A stretch of 59,580 nucleotides of DNA, the filler included, from Sphacelaria rigidula (lineage: Eukaryota): NCBI GenBank assembly GCA_964200075.2. It is 9 parts of 9 records of this genome, joined end to end, with 100 filler letters (N's around TTAATTAATTAA, not from the genome) between each part and the next. Parts side by side here need not be neighbours in the genome. Positions count along the whole stretch, not along the records: positions 33,159 to 39,689 come from CAXNAA020019520.1; positions 39,790 to 46,320 come from CAXNAA020019521.1; positions 46,421 to 52,950 come from CAXNAA020019522.1; 6 more parts are not named here. One strand, 5' to 3'. The translations under genes and the position numbers were made by a program. This document shows, one piece after another, positions 37,291-50,300 of this stretch (position 1 is its first letter; each line of letters starts with the position of its first letter). The notes beneath the pieces are model-generated. The model searched no databases. It was given only the letters and a program-made list of their open reading frames with translations, and was not told the DNA's origin.

Positions 37291-38049
37291 TGATGCAGAT
37301 TCGACAGATCGCCTTCCCTCGCTGTCACAACAGTACAGTACAGTGGTAAATAAGAATATTCTCTGATTCAACTCGTACGTGTCCACGACGATTTTGTTGA
37401 ATCCCAATTGTTTCTACATATACTTGTCGACAAGGTGGTATTTGTGCCACTGAGGATCATACTACCAACGCCACCTAAGGCCGTGTCTCATCCAAACTAC
37501 AAAAAGAATCGTGGGAAAAGAAAAAAGCCTCCAAAAGCTCAAGATACCTTTGCGCTGTATGCTTTCGCATATTTCGCATAAATTATGCGTTCTCGTTTTT
37601 CGGTCTTGCACACTAAAATCGAGTAATTGCAACGCCTCGGCGGGGTTTCCGCTTCGAAATGACCCCATTTTGAACAAGACGCGTGATTGTTTTGGAAAGA
37701 AACGCATGAAGGGCAAAGGTGTATACCAGAATCAGGATGTTGATTCTTCGCCGCAACCATCGACCCGCCGGGCGATCAGTCAACGCGCCACTTTTGACGC
37801 TTCTTCCTGGTATTCCCGCTTCTTTACTTGACCTCGATAAGACACGGGTGAACCCAAACCAACCCAACCCTAACCCCGACCCTGACTCTGACCCTGACCC
37901 TGAGCGTAACTCCAAAGATATGCAAACCACGAACCCTCCGGCGTAGGGGGGTTCACACTAGAGACAGCCACGGTGACAAAGAAGTGCTTCTGCGGGCAGC
38001 GGAGGTCAGGCGCCGCTTGGCGGCACCGTGAGCAAAGCTTCGGGTCGAC

Positions 38050-39689
38050 CTAATTTGTGGACACACACCTAAACAGTTGAAAATCATTCCCTTCTCAGTG
38101 GGTAGGGGAGGGCGTATTCATTCATTGCTTGCCATAGTCGTTTGACCATTGGCCACGCATCCCTTTCGAGACGGAGCACCGTTCCTACTCCTGATAGAGA
38201 CACCTTCAACATTCCGGCGCTCATTACGTTTCTTCCATACATACCACAAAAATATTTTACATATCTTATCCCCGTCCTGTTTCGCCGTCAGTGGCCACCA
38301 TCTATCTCCTATTATAGCCGTCTTTTTGTTCCTACTGTCTAGTGCATCGAACAATTTCATGCCACCTTCGTTCACGTCTCGCATTTCCCCCTCTAGCACG
38401 TCCCGTTCCTGCTTATACAGTCCACAATCTGCAATTATATGACTTCTGTTCTCTGTTGCTTTGACACAGAGGCAGTTCTGTCCATCTACTTCCTTCTCCG
38501 CACGACTACTGGTATATCTCCTTCTTCTTCCTGGCAAGTCTAGGTTCCCTACCCGAAATCGCAGTTTCATATCTTTCGCAGCGTCCATGGGGCCATGCGA
38601 ATATGCTTCCATCCCTATCCCCTCTCTCAACCCCCCGTATATCGCCAGGTGTTCTTCCTCGTCTACTTTGCGTCTGAGCGCCCCTTTTCCCCTTATTTCT
38701 ATCATACCTCTTGCGTTTGTCTTGTACCCCGCGCCTTCACCGATGGACAGTATTTCGTCTTGGTTTCCTCCTACCTCCTTTCATACTTTCTCGACTTCTT
38801 TATCCCACCTTATTCCAGCATGTCTTTTCGTACTTTTCTTCCATACAGCCCCATCAACTCTGGCTGGCAGTCTCTTTCTCTGCATGTTCTTTACGCTATA
38901 TTGCCACCTCAATTTTCTCATGTCTCTGTTTTTTTCAAGTGAGTACATTCCCAACCCTGCTCTCAATACTGTATTACTCTTCGTTTTCGAGCATCCAAGT
39001 ATCTTCTTAGCTGCTGCCATCTGTACTGTTTTTAACCTCTCCACCAACTTCACGTTCCCCTCCCATACTTCTCCTGCATATTCCAGCTTTGGTACGATCA
39101 CGTTCATCAGGATAAACCTCTTGATCCCAGTGTCCAGACGCGAGTCTTTGAGGATCACGTCCATCCTTCCAGTGTGTGGCTTACCCTTGTCTATTACTTT
39201 GTTTATGTGTGCATCCCAAAAACAATTTCTTGAGATATCTACGCCCAGGTATCTATACTGGTCTACGATCGGCAGTTCCTCTTCTCCCCACTTCCACTTG
39301 AACTCTACCGGATTTTTCTTATCTTTATTACAGACGAGTACTGCGCACTTGTGACATTCGCTGTCACTTTCCAATTCTTAGTGTATTCTAGCGCCTTGTC
39401 TACGTGTTTTTGCAATCCTTCTGGTGTCCCTGAAATCCCTACAAAATCATCCGCGAACATCAAACCTGGTATCTCATCTTCACCCACCTTGACTCCTTGA
39501 TTTTCTGCTTCTATTGCTAATATCAAGTCATTAATGAATACCTTGAACAAAGTGGGTGACAGCGTACATCCTTGAACAACGCCTTGAAATATATCAAAAT
39601 ATTTCGATATTTCCCCGTTAAGCATCGTGGCCCTTTTGGCACATGCTGTCATCTTCTTCACCATTCTCCACATCTTTCCTCTGATCCCA
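38050..39689 (-). mobile_element. LINE ORF2 3' half (RT core and C-terminus), frameshifted; 5' part cut by the gap
   Basis: QGCTLSPTLF, MFADDFVG, YRYLGV, PKLEYAGEVW; Cys/His-containing C-terminus; ORFs 39305-39673, 38781-39374 and 38118-38705. Confidence 0.9.
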
Positions 39690-42558
39690 NNNNNNNNNNN
39701 NNNNNNNNNNNNNNNNNNNNNNNNNNNNNNNNNTTAATTAATTAANNNNNNNNNNNNNNNNNNNNNNNNNNNNNNNNNNNNNNNNNNNNTTTGGATGAGA
39801 TAAGGGGCTCCTAACAATTCTAACCTCAGAAATTATTTCTGTACCCCTACCGTAGCATCACTCTGATCAACGCGCCAAGCCTCTCGCAATCGGGCCAAGA
39901 TCGCATTCTTGATATGCGTGGCGGTATCACTCACACACACACGGGGCAACCCCAAAGCTTTGCACCAGTTCAGCAAAGACGCAGCAGTCGATTCAGCGGT
40001 ACACATGGCTACTGGTTCCAGAGCCACAAAGTTGTTCAAATCATATGATTACCAAAATGTATCGAAACCCAGCATCCTCCGACAAACCTTGGGAAGCTAG
40101 CGGGCCACTCTCGCCCACGTACAAGAAGTCAAAATGAACGACCTCATTCGGCGTGGTCCCATGGACCGTTTCACCGAGCGAGCGGGGAACAACATTGCCC
40201 GCCCTCGAGTCAGCACAGTGAAGACACTGGCGGAAAAATTCGCGCACATGAATTTCTATCACCTGCCAGACACAAAACTCTTGCAAGCGCACGAGTGTCG
40301 CAGCCACACCACGATGCCCGGCGTCGCGCATGTGCGCGCAAATCATCAGATGTACCTGCAACTGCTTGTCAGAACTCGGAATCCACAAAACGTTTCGGCC
40401 ACGCACATGCATACGAAAAAGACCTTCATAAGAAGATAGCAGTCCCAACGTCCGACTCGAAAGATTGCATATCCGCATGTTCGGCCCCAAGGTCTTTTCG
40501 TTGCGCTTGGCGGACAATAGATTTGGACGGCATCGAGTCATCAGGTTCACCCGGACCATACACAGCCACAGCGCGCGCAGGCAAAGCTGGAATATTGACC
40601 CAACGCGAAAGCAAGTCACCACAAGCGTTAAGTTCACCCGAAATATGACAAATCGTGTACCGATACTGGCCTAATACACCTTTCCACCCCTCCAACCGTT
40701 GTGCCAACGCCCTCGAGACAGACGTCACGCATGCCTCCGAGTTAAAAATGTACGCTAGATTGCGGTGATCCGTGAAAATGTGCACGCAATTTCACAATTG
40801 ATGCTCGAGACAACGAAAAGTACTCACGATAGCAAAACCTTCATTTTCAATGGTTGCCCAACGCATCTGTGAACCCTTGTAATGACCACTAAGAAAAGTC
40901 AGCGATTCATGGGTCATGTCTTCAACCGGCAACCGTTGTTGCATTTCTGCACCAGGCACCTGCGTTACAAAACTACCCCAATGACACTTGGATGCATCCG
41001 GAAACATCAACATCTGGTAACCGGGGCAGAGATGGAACAGCGTCACGGCATGAGCCACCAGACCCTTCGCTTCCGCCCATGCCTGCAGCCTGTCCTCCGT
41101 CCACGATGCAGGCGGAATAGCGCAGGTTTCGGCCACCCGCTTCGTGCGCCTTGCAGACCCCACCATGAGCTCTTCTAGGAAAACGCGCAAGGGCGCCACG
41201 AAGCATCGCGCGCTCAACAGGTATATCGCGTCGGATTTCTGATTGGGCATGACACCCGGCGACTTCTCCACCTGATCACTGACGGCTCCGTAATCTCTGA
41301 CAAAACGGAAAGAGACCTTCTTCGGCACCACCATCGCTGGACTGGACCACACCGCCTGTAGATTCTTGAACACCAACCCAAACGCCGCAAGAGCTCCCAT
41401 GCAAGAAGCTAACCGACTGGACTTTACAGGATCATACCTCCCCGGTTTTGCCTTCACCGCGGCCGCCCCTGGCTTCAGTGTAACCCTCATGGATTCCACG
41501 CGCGCCGGGGGATCACCCACCAGCGCACGACGAAACGCGTTCACGTGGCGATACAATATGCCACGCAAGCGCTCCGATTTTGAGACGTTGAGGCCATTTG
41601 TCACGCTTTCCTCCAGCGCAGCCATTCACGCGGACTCCTCTTCTGCCGGCTCCATAAACATATCGGGGCCACGCTCCACTAAGCGTTCCACCGCCTCATC
41701 ACGCTCCTCGGACACCTGCCCCCCCGCCTCCTGGAGAGCACCAACCGATAAGCTCACTCTGCGACTGGCTAAAAAAGCAGGCGTGTCGACACTCGAACCG
41801 AGCGATGGCATTTGCGTTTTTAAGGACTCTAACAGCCGATCATACGGATCGACTCCGAGTCCCCGAAGCGTCGGTAAGCCCAACAGAACGACACCATCCG
41901 TCCCCGGCATGATCGCAAGCGATATCGGGGGTAATTTCGCTGGCCCCCAGGTAGTCCTGAACGCCAACTGTAGGGGAATCGAAAGCTCCGTGACATTTAC
42001 ACGTTGCCCCGATGCAGTGATGGCCTGCTGCGCCCCGAGCGAGAAGAGAATGCGGATTTGCTCACCAGGGAGTATATGCTTCAGCATCTTCACAATCAGC
42101 ACCGACACGCTCGTGAAATGGGCGCCTGAATCCAACACAGCGTTGACCGATATGGCTCCCGCGCCCGTTGATTTGGGAGATATAACTTTGCAGGAATATA
42201 TATTTCTTGATCGTCGACCGGCACCTGCTTCGCCGACTGATTGGTCGTGAATCCCACTTGGCGCCACGGCTGCGCGTGCGGCGCAAGCATAGACGCCACC
42301 GTTGGGGTAACGACGGGTACGAAGCCCTGCTCGCAGAACCAAACTGCAGCGATACTCCGGCCGACGCAGCAGCGGATCCAAATTTCAGGTGGAATCCGGC
42401 CGGCTCAGCAGCAGGCGTCTCGCCTTCCTCTGCTGCTGGCGGCGCCGGCACCGAGCCCGACACTTGAGTGGTCGGTCCCACCTGCACCGCCCGTTGCGGA
42501 GCAACAGCCCCTGCGGCTGAGCCGGACCCAGAACCGGACCCCTGCTGACGCCGCTGCC

Positions 42559-42599
<41 letters not shown>

Positions 42600-42625
42600 G
42601 ACTGGGACTGGGACTCGGAACTCGA

Positions 42626-43549
42626 TTATACACCTCCACCGCTGGAGGATCCGCCTGCGCCACCACCCCGATGACTTTTTCCTCCTTTGTGATTGCGAGG
42701 GCGCGCGGCACTTGTCTGCCCAGACTCCCCCTCGGAAGGCGTTGGGCACTTGCGTGCGTAGTGGCCTACCTGGCCACACTTAAAGCAAGTGATATTGGCG
42801 GCGGCACTGCCTGCGGATTTTGATCCACGGTTACGCGAGCTCGAAGACTGTGGCGACGAAGTGGATGATTTCCCGAATACTTCAATCTTCCGCCATGCCT
42901 GAGCCTCAGCCACGACGGTATCCATAACTAAGTACGGGTCTGACTTCCTATTGGTTCCGTGCTGTAATTGCACAAGCACGGCCTGTTTGAATTCCGCCGG
43001 TGCCAGACCCTCCACCATCGCTTTCGTGATCACCGCAGCGGGCCCTGGACGGAATTTCCCATCGGAGGAACGATAAACCATCCCGACGTTGGGGTTTTCC
43101 GAAAAACATGTCTCCAACTTTCCCATGATTGGCTCTACCCTCTCACGCATGGTCTTCCCCTTGTGGTTCATGGCGACAGCCTTCGCCACGGCCGCGGACG
43201 CCTGGGTTAGCTCTACCTCAGCGCCCGCCGCATGCCCTGCATGATTCTTGATCGCTGCAGCCAATTGCAGCGGCGTTATTGTGTTCTTCTCGTGAAATCT
43301 TGTCGCAAAAACGCGTTGGAGGGGGGTAGGCACGAGTTGCGCCATGGAAACCACCTGATGCCTTACCGCACCCCCCGCATTCGTATGCTCCACCCGCTTC
43401 TCGTATTCCACAAATTTCGTATACAACGAACGAGAAGCACACTCAGAATACAAATTTCCGTAACTGGGAGGCCGCAACTCTTCTCTCAGAACAACTGGGG
43501 TTACGGTCGTCTCCGCTGGCTCTTCGGCCGGTACCTCTGTAGTCGACAT
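42626..43549 (-). CDS. gag: Gag with CCHC zinc knuckle (copy 2)
   Basis: 307-aa ORF with CX2CX4HX4C, followed by a CAG-repeat low-complexity linker. Confidence 0.85.
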   Translation of the reverse strand: MSTTEVPAEEPAETTVTPVVLREELRPPSYGNLYSECASRSLYTKFVEYEKRVEHTNAGGAVRHQVVSMAQLVPTPLQRVFATRFHEKNTITPLQLAAAIKNHAGHAAGAEVELTQASAAVAKAVAMNHKGKTMRERVEPIMGKLETCFSENPNVGMVYRSSDGKFRPGPAAVITKAMVEGLAPAEFKQAVLVQLQHGTNRKSDPYLVMDTVVAEAQAWRKIEVFGKSSTSSPQSSSSRNRGSKSAGSAAANITCFKCGQVGHYARKCPTPSEGESGQTSAARPRNHKGGKSHRGGGAGGSSSGGGV

Positions 43550-43847
43550 TTCCGAGCGGACCTATTCGAAGGCTTCTGAACCTTCTCGAACTCCACAGTT
43601 CACACCTGTCTTCGTCGCCGTACCACACAGCCGTGGGATCCTATAACCTGCTGCTGCACACAGCTCCAGCCAGTCTCCAGTCTGGATCAATCACGGGCCA
43701 GCCGCCTTTGCAGCTACCTCAGCTTGAAACCTCCTCACGCGTCCGTGAAGCAATATGCCCGAAGCTGTCCAGACTCCTCTCTACTGAAACATTTCCAGCA
43801 GTCACTAACGATAGCACAACTAGCACGACTAGCATTAATATCGATGT

Positions 43848-44157
43848 TGTGACGCCAGCAGGTTGCTAGTGCTGCAGCGTCTAATGCTGTCCCCCAGTTC
43901 CACTGGCCTCAAGTTTCAGTTGTTAGCCTTCACAACACCTTTAATATCCTGGAGTGCTACACAGGCACATGCTCAATGAGCCACATCAGGGTATCACCCC
44001 TGTGTCCATGTCATCATCCATATCATCACTACAGATCCTAAGTCATCATCCATATCGTCACTACAGATCCCAAGTCATCATCCAACCATCACTACAGATC
44101 CCAAGTCATCATCCAACCATCACTATATACTCAATGTGACGGCATGATTTCGTCACA
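43848..44157 (-). repeat. 5' LTR of Gypsy copy 2 with ~31-bp internal tandem repeats
   Basis: TGTGAC...GTCACA termini; homologous to 54832-55085 and 59484-59580. Confidence 0.88.
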
Positions 44158-44184
44158 GGCATTTGCTTGTCTGCAAGGTCACCA

Positions 44185-44653
44185 AACACTGTATTCGTGA
44201 GATTCAGAGGGTAGCTTCAGATTCAGAGTGAATGCTCTAGCGTTCCTGACAGGCAACGTTTTTTCTTCTTCTTTTTGCTTGAGCACACTTGCTGTGCATG
44301 CAGCTACCGTACATTACCCCATTCGAGGAATTCGGCGGTCTGGTTGATGAGATACCGCACACAGCATTTTTACGCCCGGGGGGGGGCATTTCGGAACTGA
44401 AACTGTTTCAGGCACTAATCGTTTTTTCCTGAAACAGGGGATCTTTTGTTGCAATGGACTGACTACGTCGTTGCGATCAAGTGAAGTGTCAAATTGATCG
44501 TGTAGGCGACAGCTTTCATTGAAGCCACCGCTTCACTAGCTGGGCGCATTACTCCTCGAACTGTGGCGATGTCAAAATCGACGGGAAAGTCGATTGTTTC
44601 GGGTCTCACTCTGAATCTGAAACTACCCTCTGAATATCACAAATATAGTGTTA
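44185..44653. mobile_element. MITE-like element with ~45-bp TIRs
   Basis: AACACTGTATTCGTGAGATTCAGAGGGTAGCTTCAGATTCAGAGTGA ... TCACTCTGAATCTGAAACTACCCTCTGAATATCACAAATATAGTGTT. Confidence 0.75.
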
Positions 44654-45009
44654 CCAGTTAAAACTGTAGCGGCTCATTACAATACTCATGCAAACTACAC
44701 CGCGAAGGATTCTCCCCGTTATCAGATCTGACTTATCATGCAGCAACTAGAGTACTTAACCGACACTAATTGGAGCCGCTCAAAATTCCTGTTTAAACCT
44801 GCCTTGTTGGCCCTTCTCCGTCGTTTTACGCCTGAAAAGAGGGCTGGGCGGATATTGACGCCTTGGAATAACTTGCTCTACTCATTGAGACCGCTCCAGG
44901 GCAGCTTTGCATTCCCGCTGGCCGCACTTTTGCCGAACACGGACTTTCAATGAAAAACAGTCAAGTGATCAAAATACTGGGGGGAATTTCAGGGGTCTAG
45001 ACCTTACAC

Positions 45010-45315
45010 ATTCACGTTCACGTTACGTTCATCACATGAAAAAAAAATTAACGTTCAAGTTTTCGTTACGCATGTCACGTTGAATAAATTCTAACGTTAC
45101 GTTAACGTTTCATATGAAAATTTAATGTTACGTTCATCACGTGAAAAAAAATAACGTTACATTTCCTTACATGTAACGTAAAATGAAAGGCTTCAATGTC
45201 ACGTGTAACGTTCGAATGTAACGTTTCATTCTGTGCATGTCGCGGCTCATTTACCAGTGTTTAAGGCGTTGTAACGTGTCGTGTAACGCGTGACGTCGTC
45301 GTGTAGGTGACGTTG
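45010..45315. repeat. ACGT-dense degenerate repeat (ACGTTA on the left, TAACGT on the right)
   Basis: Many AACGTT, TTACGT and GTAACG units. Confidence 0.6.
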
Positions 45316-45569
45316 ACGGTGACCCGTCGGCTACTTCTCATATATTAGAAAACCTCTATAAAAAAACACGATTTCTGATGAATGACCAAAACCCCACTTC
45401 TTCTATGATCAGAAAATGCTTTTTTTTCAAGCATTTTCTGAAAGCATCTTCCGATAGCCCGAATTTATCAGAAAATCAGGATTTTCTGATAGCTTTGGGC
45501 TATCGAAAGTTTTTTCGAAAACACGTTTGAAATCCCGCCGCACGCCAACACCCCCCCTAGCCCACAACA

Positions 45570-46170
45570 GCAGCCATGGTGGCTTGGCTGCCATCACCGC
45601 TGCTGTCACTGGTGCTCGCGGGCAATCAGCGTGTCGTTTCATTGTCCCTCGCTCGCCAGTATCATGGTGGCCCTCTACCCCATGGGAACAGCACAGGGCA
45701 GGGTCGATGACGAGTGCTGTACACGCACTCTGCCTATGTTGTTTGCACAGATAGTATTGTGGCTCGCAGTTCAGGTCTGTGCATGCAGCGTGTTGTGGAC
45801 AGCACGGGCAATGCAGTATAGACTGCCCACACACCCATGACTTGTAGAGACAGGACCGCACTGACTGTATACACAAGACCACCGTATAAGCAGTGCTACT
45901 GCTGTAGTGTCTACAGGGCTTGGGTGCTTGGGCAATCTGTACTGTATTCGAGTGCTGTTTGCAACACGCTGCATGCACAGACCTGAACTGAGCTACAAGA
46001 AAGTGCAAACTACATACAGAAACACTCGTCATCCACCCTGCCCTGTTCTGTTCTCATGGGGGTTTGGGCCATCACGCTACTGGAGAGCGAAGGACAGTGA
46101 AGCAACACGCTGACTGCCCGCGAGCACCAGCGACAGCAGCGGTGATGGCAATCAAGCCATCACTACAGCC
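45570..46170. repeat. ~600-bp foldback with long imperfect inverted arms
   Basis: TGCCATCACCGCTGCTGTCACTGGTGCTCGCGGGCA / TGCCCGCGAGCACCAGCGACAGCAGCGGTGATGGCA; CAGTTCAGGTCTGTGCATGCAGCGTGTTG / CAACACGCTGCATGCACAGACCTGAACTG. Confidence 0.85.
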
Positions 46171-47128
46171 AACAGCCTGGATTCGTTTTTGAGGTCCAAC
46201 ATTTAATTGAGGTTCAACGGGCCATCGAAATTTCATTTACTTTGTTCAAAAGGCTCGGGATTCGCAAGCGGTTTCGACCATGTAACCCTAGCCCAAACGT
46301 TTCTGCACGGCAGCGAAAGCNNNNNNNNNNNNNNNNNNNNNNNNNNNNNNNNNNNNNNNNNNNNTTAATTAATTAANNNNNNNNNNNNNNNNNNNNNNNN
46401 NNNNNNNNNNNNNNNNNNNNGATGCATTCAGATCGTAGCACAGATTGCGAAAGAGAGCGCTCCGATCGCACACGTTGCGAAAGAGGACTGGGGTTTTGAA
46501 CTCGACCCCTCACAGTAGTCCCCCGACCAACTCGCCGTTCTCAACGAAAGCAATTTAAAAATAAGCACAGACAGGGCACAAAGATTGACATTGGCTTCTG
46601 CCGGGTCGTCAGGTTCATTGAATCGGAAGTTACCGGTGACAGTTGCGTTCGGACAGTATAGGCACCATGTCATGGGCTATATATAGCCGGGCCATCAGAG
46701 TCAAGATGCGTTGCTTATTCAGGCTCTAGATCCGTATCCGCGCATAAAGTGAATCTTGATTCCTTTTTTTTAGCTTGAGCAGGGGGCAGCGTAAAAACCA
46801 AATGTGGATATCTACGCTCCAATATCGAGAATTCGATTTTTTGAGGTTGGAAGCGGGGGGGGGCACCCAGTCGCCTGTCCCCTAGTTTATTGCCGAAGCG
46901 TTGGCGAATGCAGTCAGCTGCCGTGGACAGAGATCCTTGGCATGGAGACTTGACGCCATCGGGATAGAGCAGGCAAGGAGCAGAATAAAAATTTACATAA
47001 ACCCCGCAAAGTCCACCAGACTTTTCGATTTTTGTCAGTGTTTATCGACCAATTGCTTGCACAAAATTGATGGGAGAAAAAAATATCAGACAATTTTCGA
47101 AAAAATGCCTTCCGGCATCTGAGGTCAT

Positions 47129-47342
47129 CGGTGTAATGCGTGAAAGGACCGCGTGCTGAGAGGACCACATCGGAATTGGAACACCCCTACGGTTATGGTT
47201 GGGGTTAGTGTTACGTGGTTAGGGTCAGGGGCGTAGTATCTGCAGGGACTGGCCCCATTGGTTTTGAAAAGCGTCGATCCTGAGGTGTTTCGAACTACGA
47301 CGCGGTCCCCTAAGCACGCGTTCCTCTCACGCATTACAATCG
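47129..47342. mobile_element. Second copy of the 12642-12858 MITE
   Basis: Colinear similarity over the full length, including TIRs and a degenerate GGTTAG tract. Confidence 0.85.
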
Positions 47343-50300
47343 TGACAGAGCGGACAAAATGAGTGAAAGCAGATATATACGAACTACGCAAAGCTCACCA
47401 GACTTGTCGGTTTTTGTCACTGTATTTGTATCAATTTCTTGCAACAATATCAACAGAAAATAATCAAAACAGTCTTTGTTGATCAATTTCTTGCAACGAA
47501 GTTGACAGAAAAAAATATGACAATTTTCGAAAAAATGCCCTGGGGGGGGGGGGGGGGGGGGGGTATATATGTCCACAATAAATCCGCGCTACCCCCTGGC
47601 TCAAGTAAGCTTTTTTCAAGGTTGTAAAAGGCTCGACGTGAATGAAACGCGCATAAACTTGCGATAATTGTTTATGCGCCTCCTGCAGTGCCTCCATGCG
47701 GCGTGACTCGTCACCAGATAGGCCGACAGGCTTCAGACTTCAAGGGTTCAAACTTCCATTATCGTGCTTCGTGTTCCCATGTGTTGCGGGTCTCATCAGA
47801 AAAGCGTACCAGTTTATTTTCTATATACGTGGTACTACTGTGCGATGTTTTGAAAAGGTGAATGACTGCTCGTTGTCCGAATCCTTTCACGTCTCATTTT
47901 ATTTCAAGAAGAACAGATAGTCTCGCGCTGTCTGTACTGCACGTTGCTTGCTTTTGGTTCACATCCTACCGTACGAAATACGCACGGGCACACCCAGACA
48001 CCCTGCATGCTAACAGTGCAGACAGTACAGACTGTGCTGTTCACAAGCTACGAAGTACCGCAGACTGTGCTGTTCACAAGCGACGAAGTACCGCTTCACG
48101 AATTTCACTTGCTTCTGTCGATCGAAAACCTCAAAATTCGCCTGGACCCCACTCTCTTTCACCACCTTGGTACTGCACTGTTGGACTTTTGTACGTTACT
48201 GTGAGACCGGTTAATCGAGGCCGAAGTATAAAGGAAATGTTTGTAAATTGTGTCCGAGATCTCCCTGACGGAAAATCGCACAAGCCAATGAGATGGGAAT
48301 GACACGCCCATTCGATCGGCGAAGAAGTAAATGGGCCTCCCGGTCGGTTGAGAAAAGAAGCGCAGAAGGTCATCTGCAACCATGACACGCACACTTCCCT
48401 GCTGCATTGCACCGCCGGTACGGTCTGTACATCATTCATTTTCACGTCAAAACTGTGACAATGCAACACAGATGAGCCGCTCTGGAGATGCCCCTCTGTA
48501 TAGGTCGAAACAAGGCCGATCGAAAACGCAGAGTAAAGTACAGCAGTGGGATGCTTCACATTACAGTACAGTGTTGTCTTCTATCTCCCACCCGTTGCGT
48601 TCGTTTCGTTCTTCTATGAGTATCACCAAGGCTGAGACTACAAAAAACCCTCCGACACTTTCATCCCTTCCTGCCTCCAGTTGCAAAACCAGTTCTTGGG
48701 CTGCGGTGGGCATTCAGTTGTGAAGTGAATAGTTCTCCCATAACAAACACAACTGACCCATCATGAGGTGGCTGCTCTCCCTGTGAATAGGCAAAGCTGG
48801 AGTGCACCGTACAGCACAGTACAATCCGTACATCGCAGCGCAATACAGTACAATATTATCTTCTCTGTGCCCCCCACCGCATTCCCCCCTTCTTCTGCGG
48901 ATATCGTCGAGTATCGGATAACTCATTTGGAGATCGTCACTCTTGCTTCCCGCTCGCTCTAAAAGTGACGCTTGATCGCCGTGTGTGTGTCATGCCCTAT
49001 GCATCTGCACTCGCCACTACCATTTACGAAGTGTCCTTGAACCCCTGAGTCACGACGGTGTGAAACAGACAGTGCCGACGACACCGCCGCGAAATGCACG
49101 ACCTCGATACTGTACTGTACTGTACTGTACTGCACTTTTGCACTGACCACCGTTCGAGCCAGCCGTGACGTCTGCATCGTAACCAGCTGCACTGTAGTGT
49201 CTGTGTGTACCAGCTACCGCTTTCCGGGAACACGGGTGATTGTCCCGCAGTCGGAGACAGGTCTGGATCTGTCTACGGGCGTGAAAGAATGAGATGAATG
49301 AACGACGTTATACCTACACATAATAATAACCCGACCAAACGCACAAACTTGCAACAAACAGAACGGTATACTACTGTCGCCATGGTGATGTCTTCTGTAG
49401 TACACGCCACACCCTATACCTTTGCCAGTCGCCATGGTGTTGCTTCTGTTTTACTGGGTACACATCATACATGATGCATGAGGACACGCACAAAAGCAAC
49501 TCCGATTCAGACCTCTTGACACCGCGACGGTTCTGGGAACCGCACAACGAACAGCTGCACTCAACAGAAGCGCACAATGCAGCCTTGGTGAGATGTTGTC
49601 CGCCTAATCCTTTGACCGCGAGGTTAGTCTTCTGTTGAATCGGCATCAATTCCAAGTGGAAAAAAGTATGCATGATCAAGAAAGACTAAAGACTAATCTC
49701 GCGGTCTAGGGGTTAAGCGAGCCGCGCCGATCACCTTGGGTTCACTGCACAGCTGGGTCACGAACACCATCGTTTGTCTCTTCGTAATTCGTGACCATTT
49801 TGTAAGGGTGCATGCCCAGCACAACATATACGGAAAATAAGTGTTTGCTGCAGTGAGTTTCACCACTTGGTAGGGGTTTGTTGGTCTGACTTGGGTTTGA
49901 AACCGAATTGTGAGGCGTATATCCATTCTGTACATTGTGTCCAACGCTTCAAGCGCCCAGGTGGGTCATCTGTCATCTGTAGAGTCGGCACCATCTTCAG
50001 TCACTTGAACATTGAATATGAGACCCAGATCACAAATCCTTGTGGTCAAGGAGTTAGAAGCACTGAGATAGAGATATATTAGCGGTGTGAAAATCGAAGT
50101 TCAACTCTGTTCCTGGGTGCTGTACAACAGTGTGCTACAAATCATCTGGAAAGGAAAGCGACCTCCTTTCGAGGGAACGCCCGGCGCTCAGCACACAACA
50201 TACAAATCACTTTCAAACCCAAGGCGGAAACAACCACCCGGCAGTAAGGTGACAAAACGTTCGACATCAGCGCACGGCGCTTTATCCACCAGTCACCAGC

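Larger units (their letters stand above)
39850..44157 (-). mobile_element. Ty3/Gypsy copy 2: 5' LTR, gag, PR, RT lacking its core, RNase H, partial integrase
   Basis: Gag CFKCGQVGHYARKC; protease VLDSGAHF; RH MFPDAS; IN AHMRDAGH..CLHC and HFDFL; LTR at 43848-44157. Confidence 0.92.

Noticed and set aside
38461..39354. 297-aa plus-strand ORF, plus ORFs 41366-42250, 57308-57976 and 56308-56850
   Set aside because: Antisense shadows of LINE or Gypsy coding sequence.
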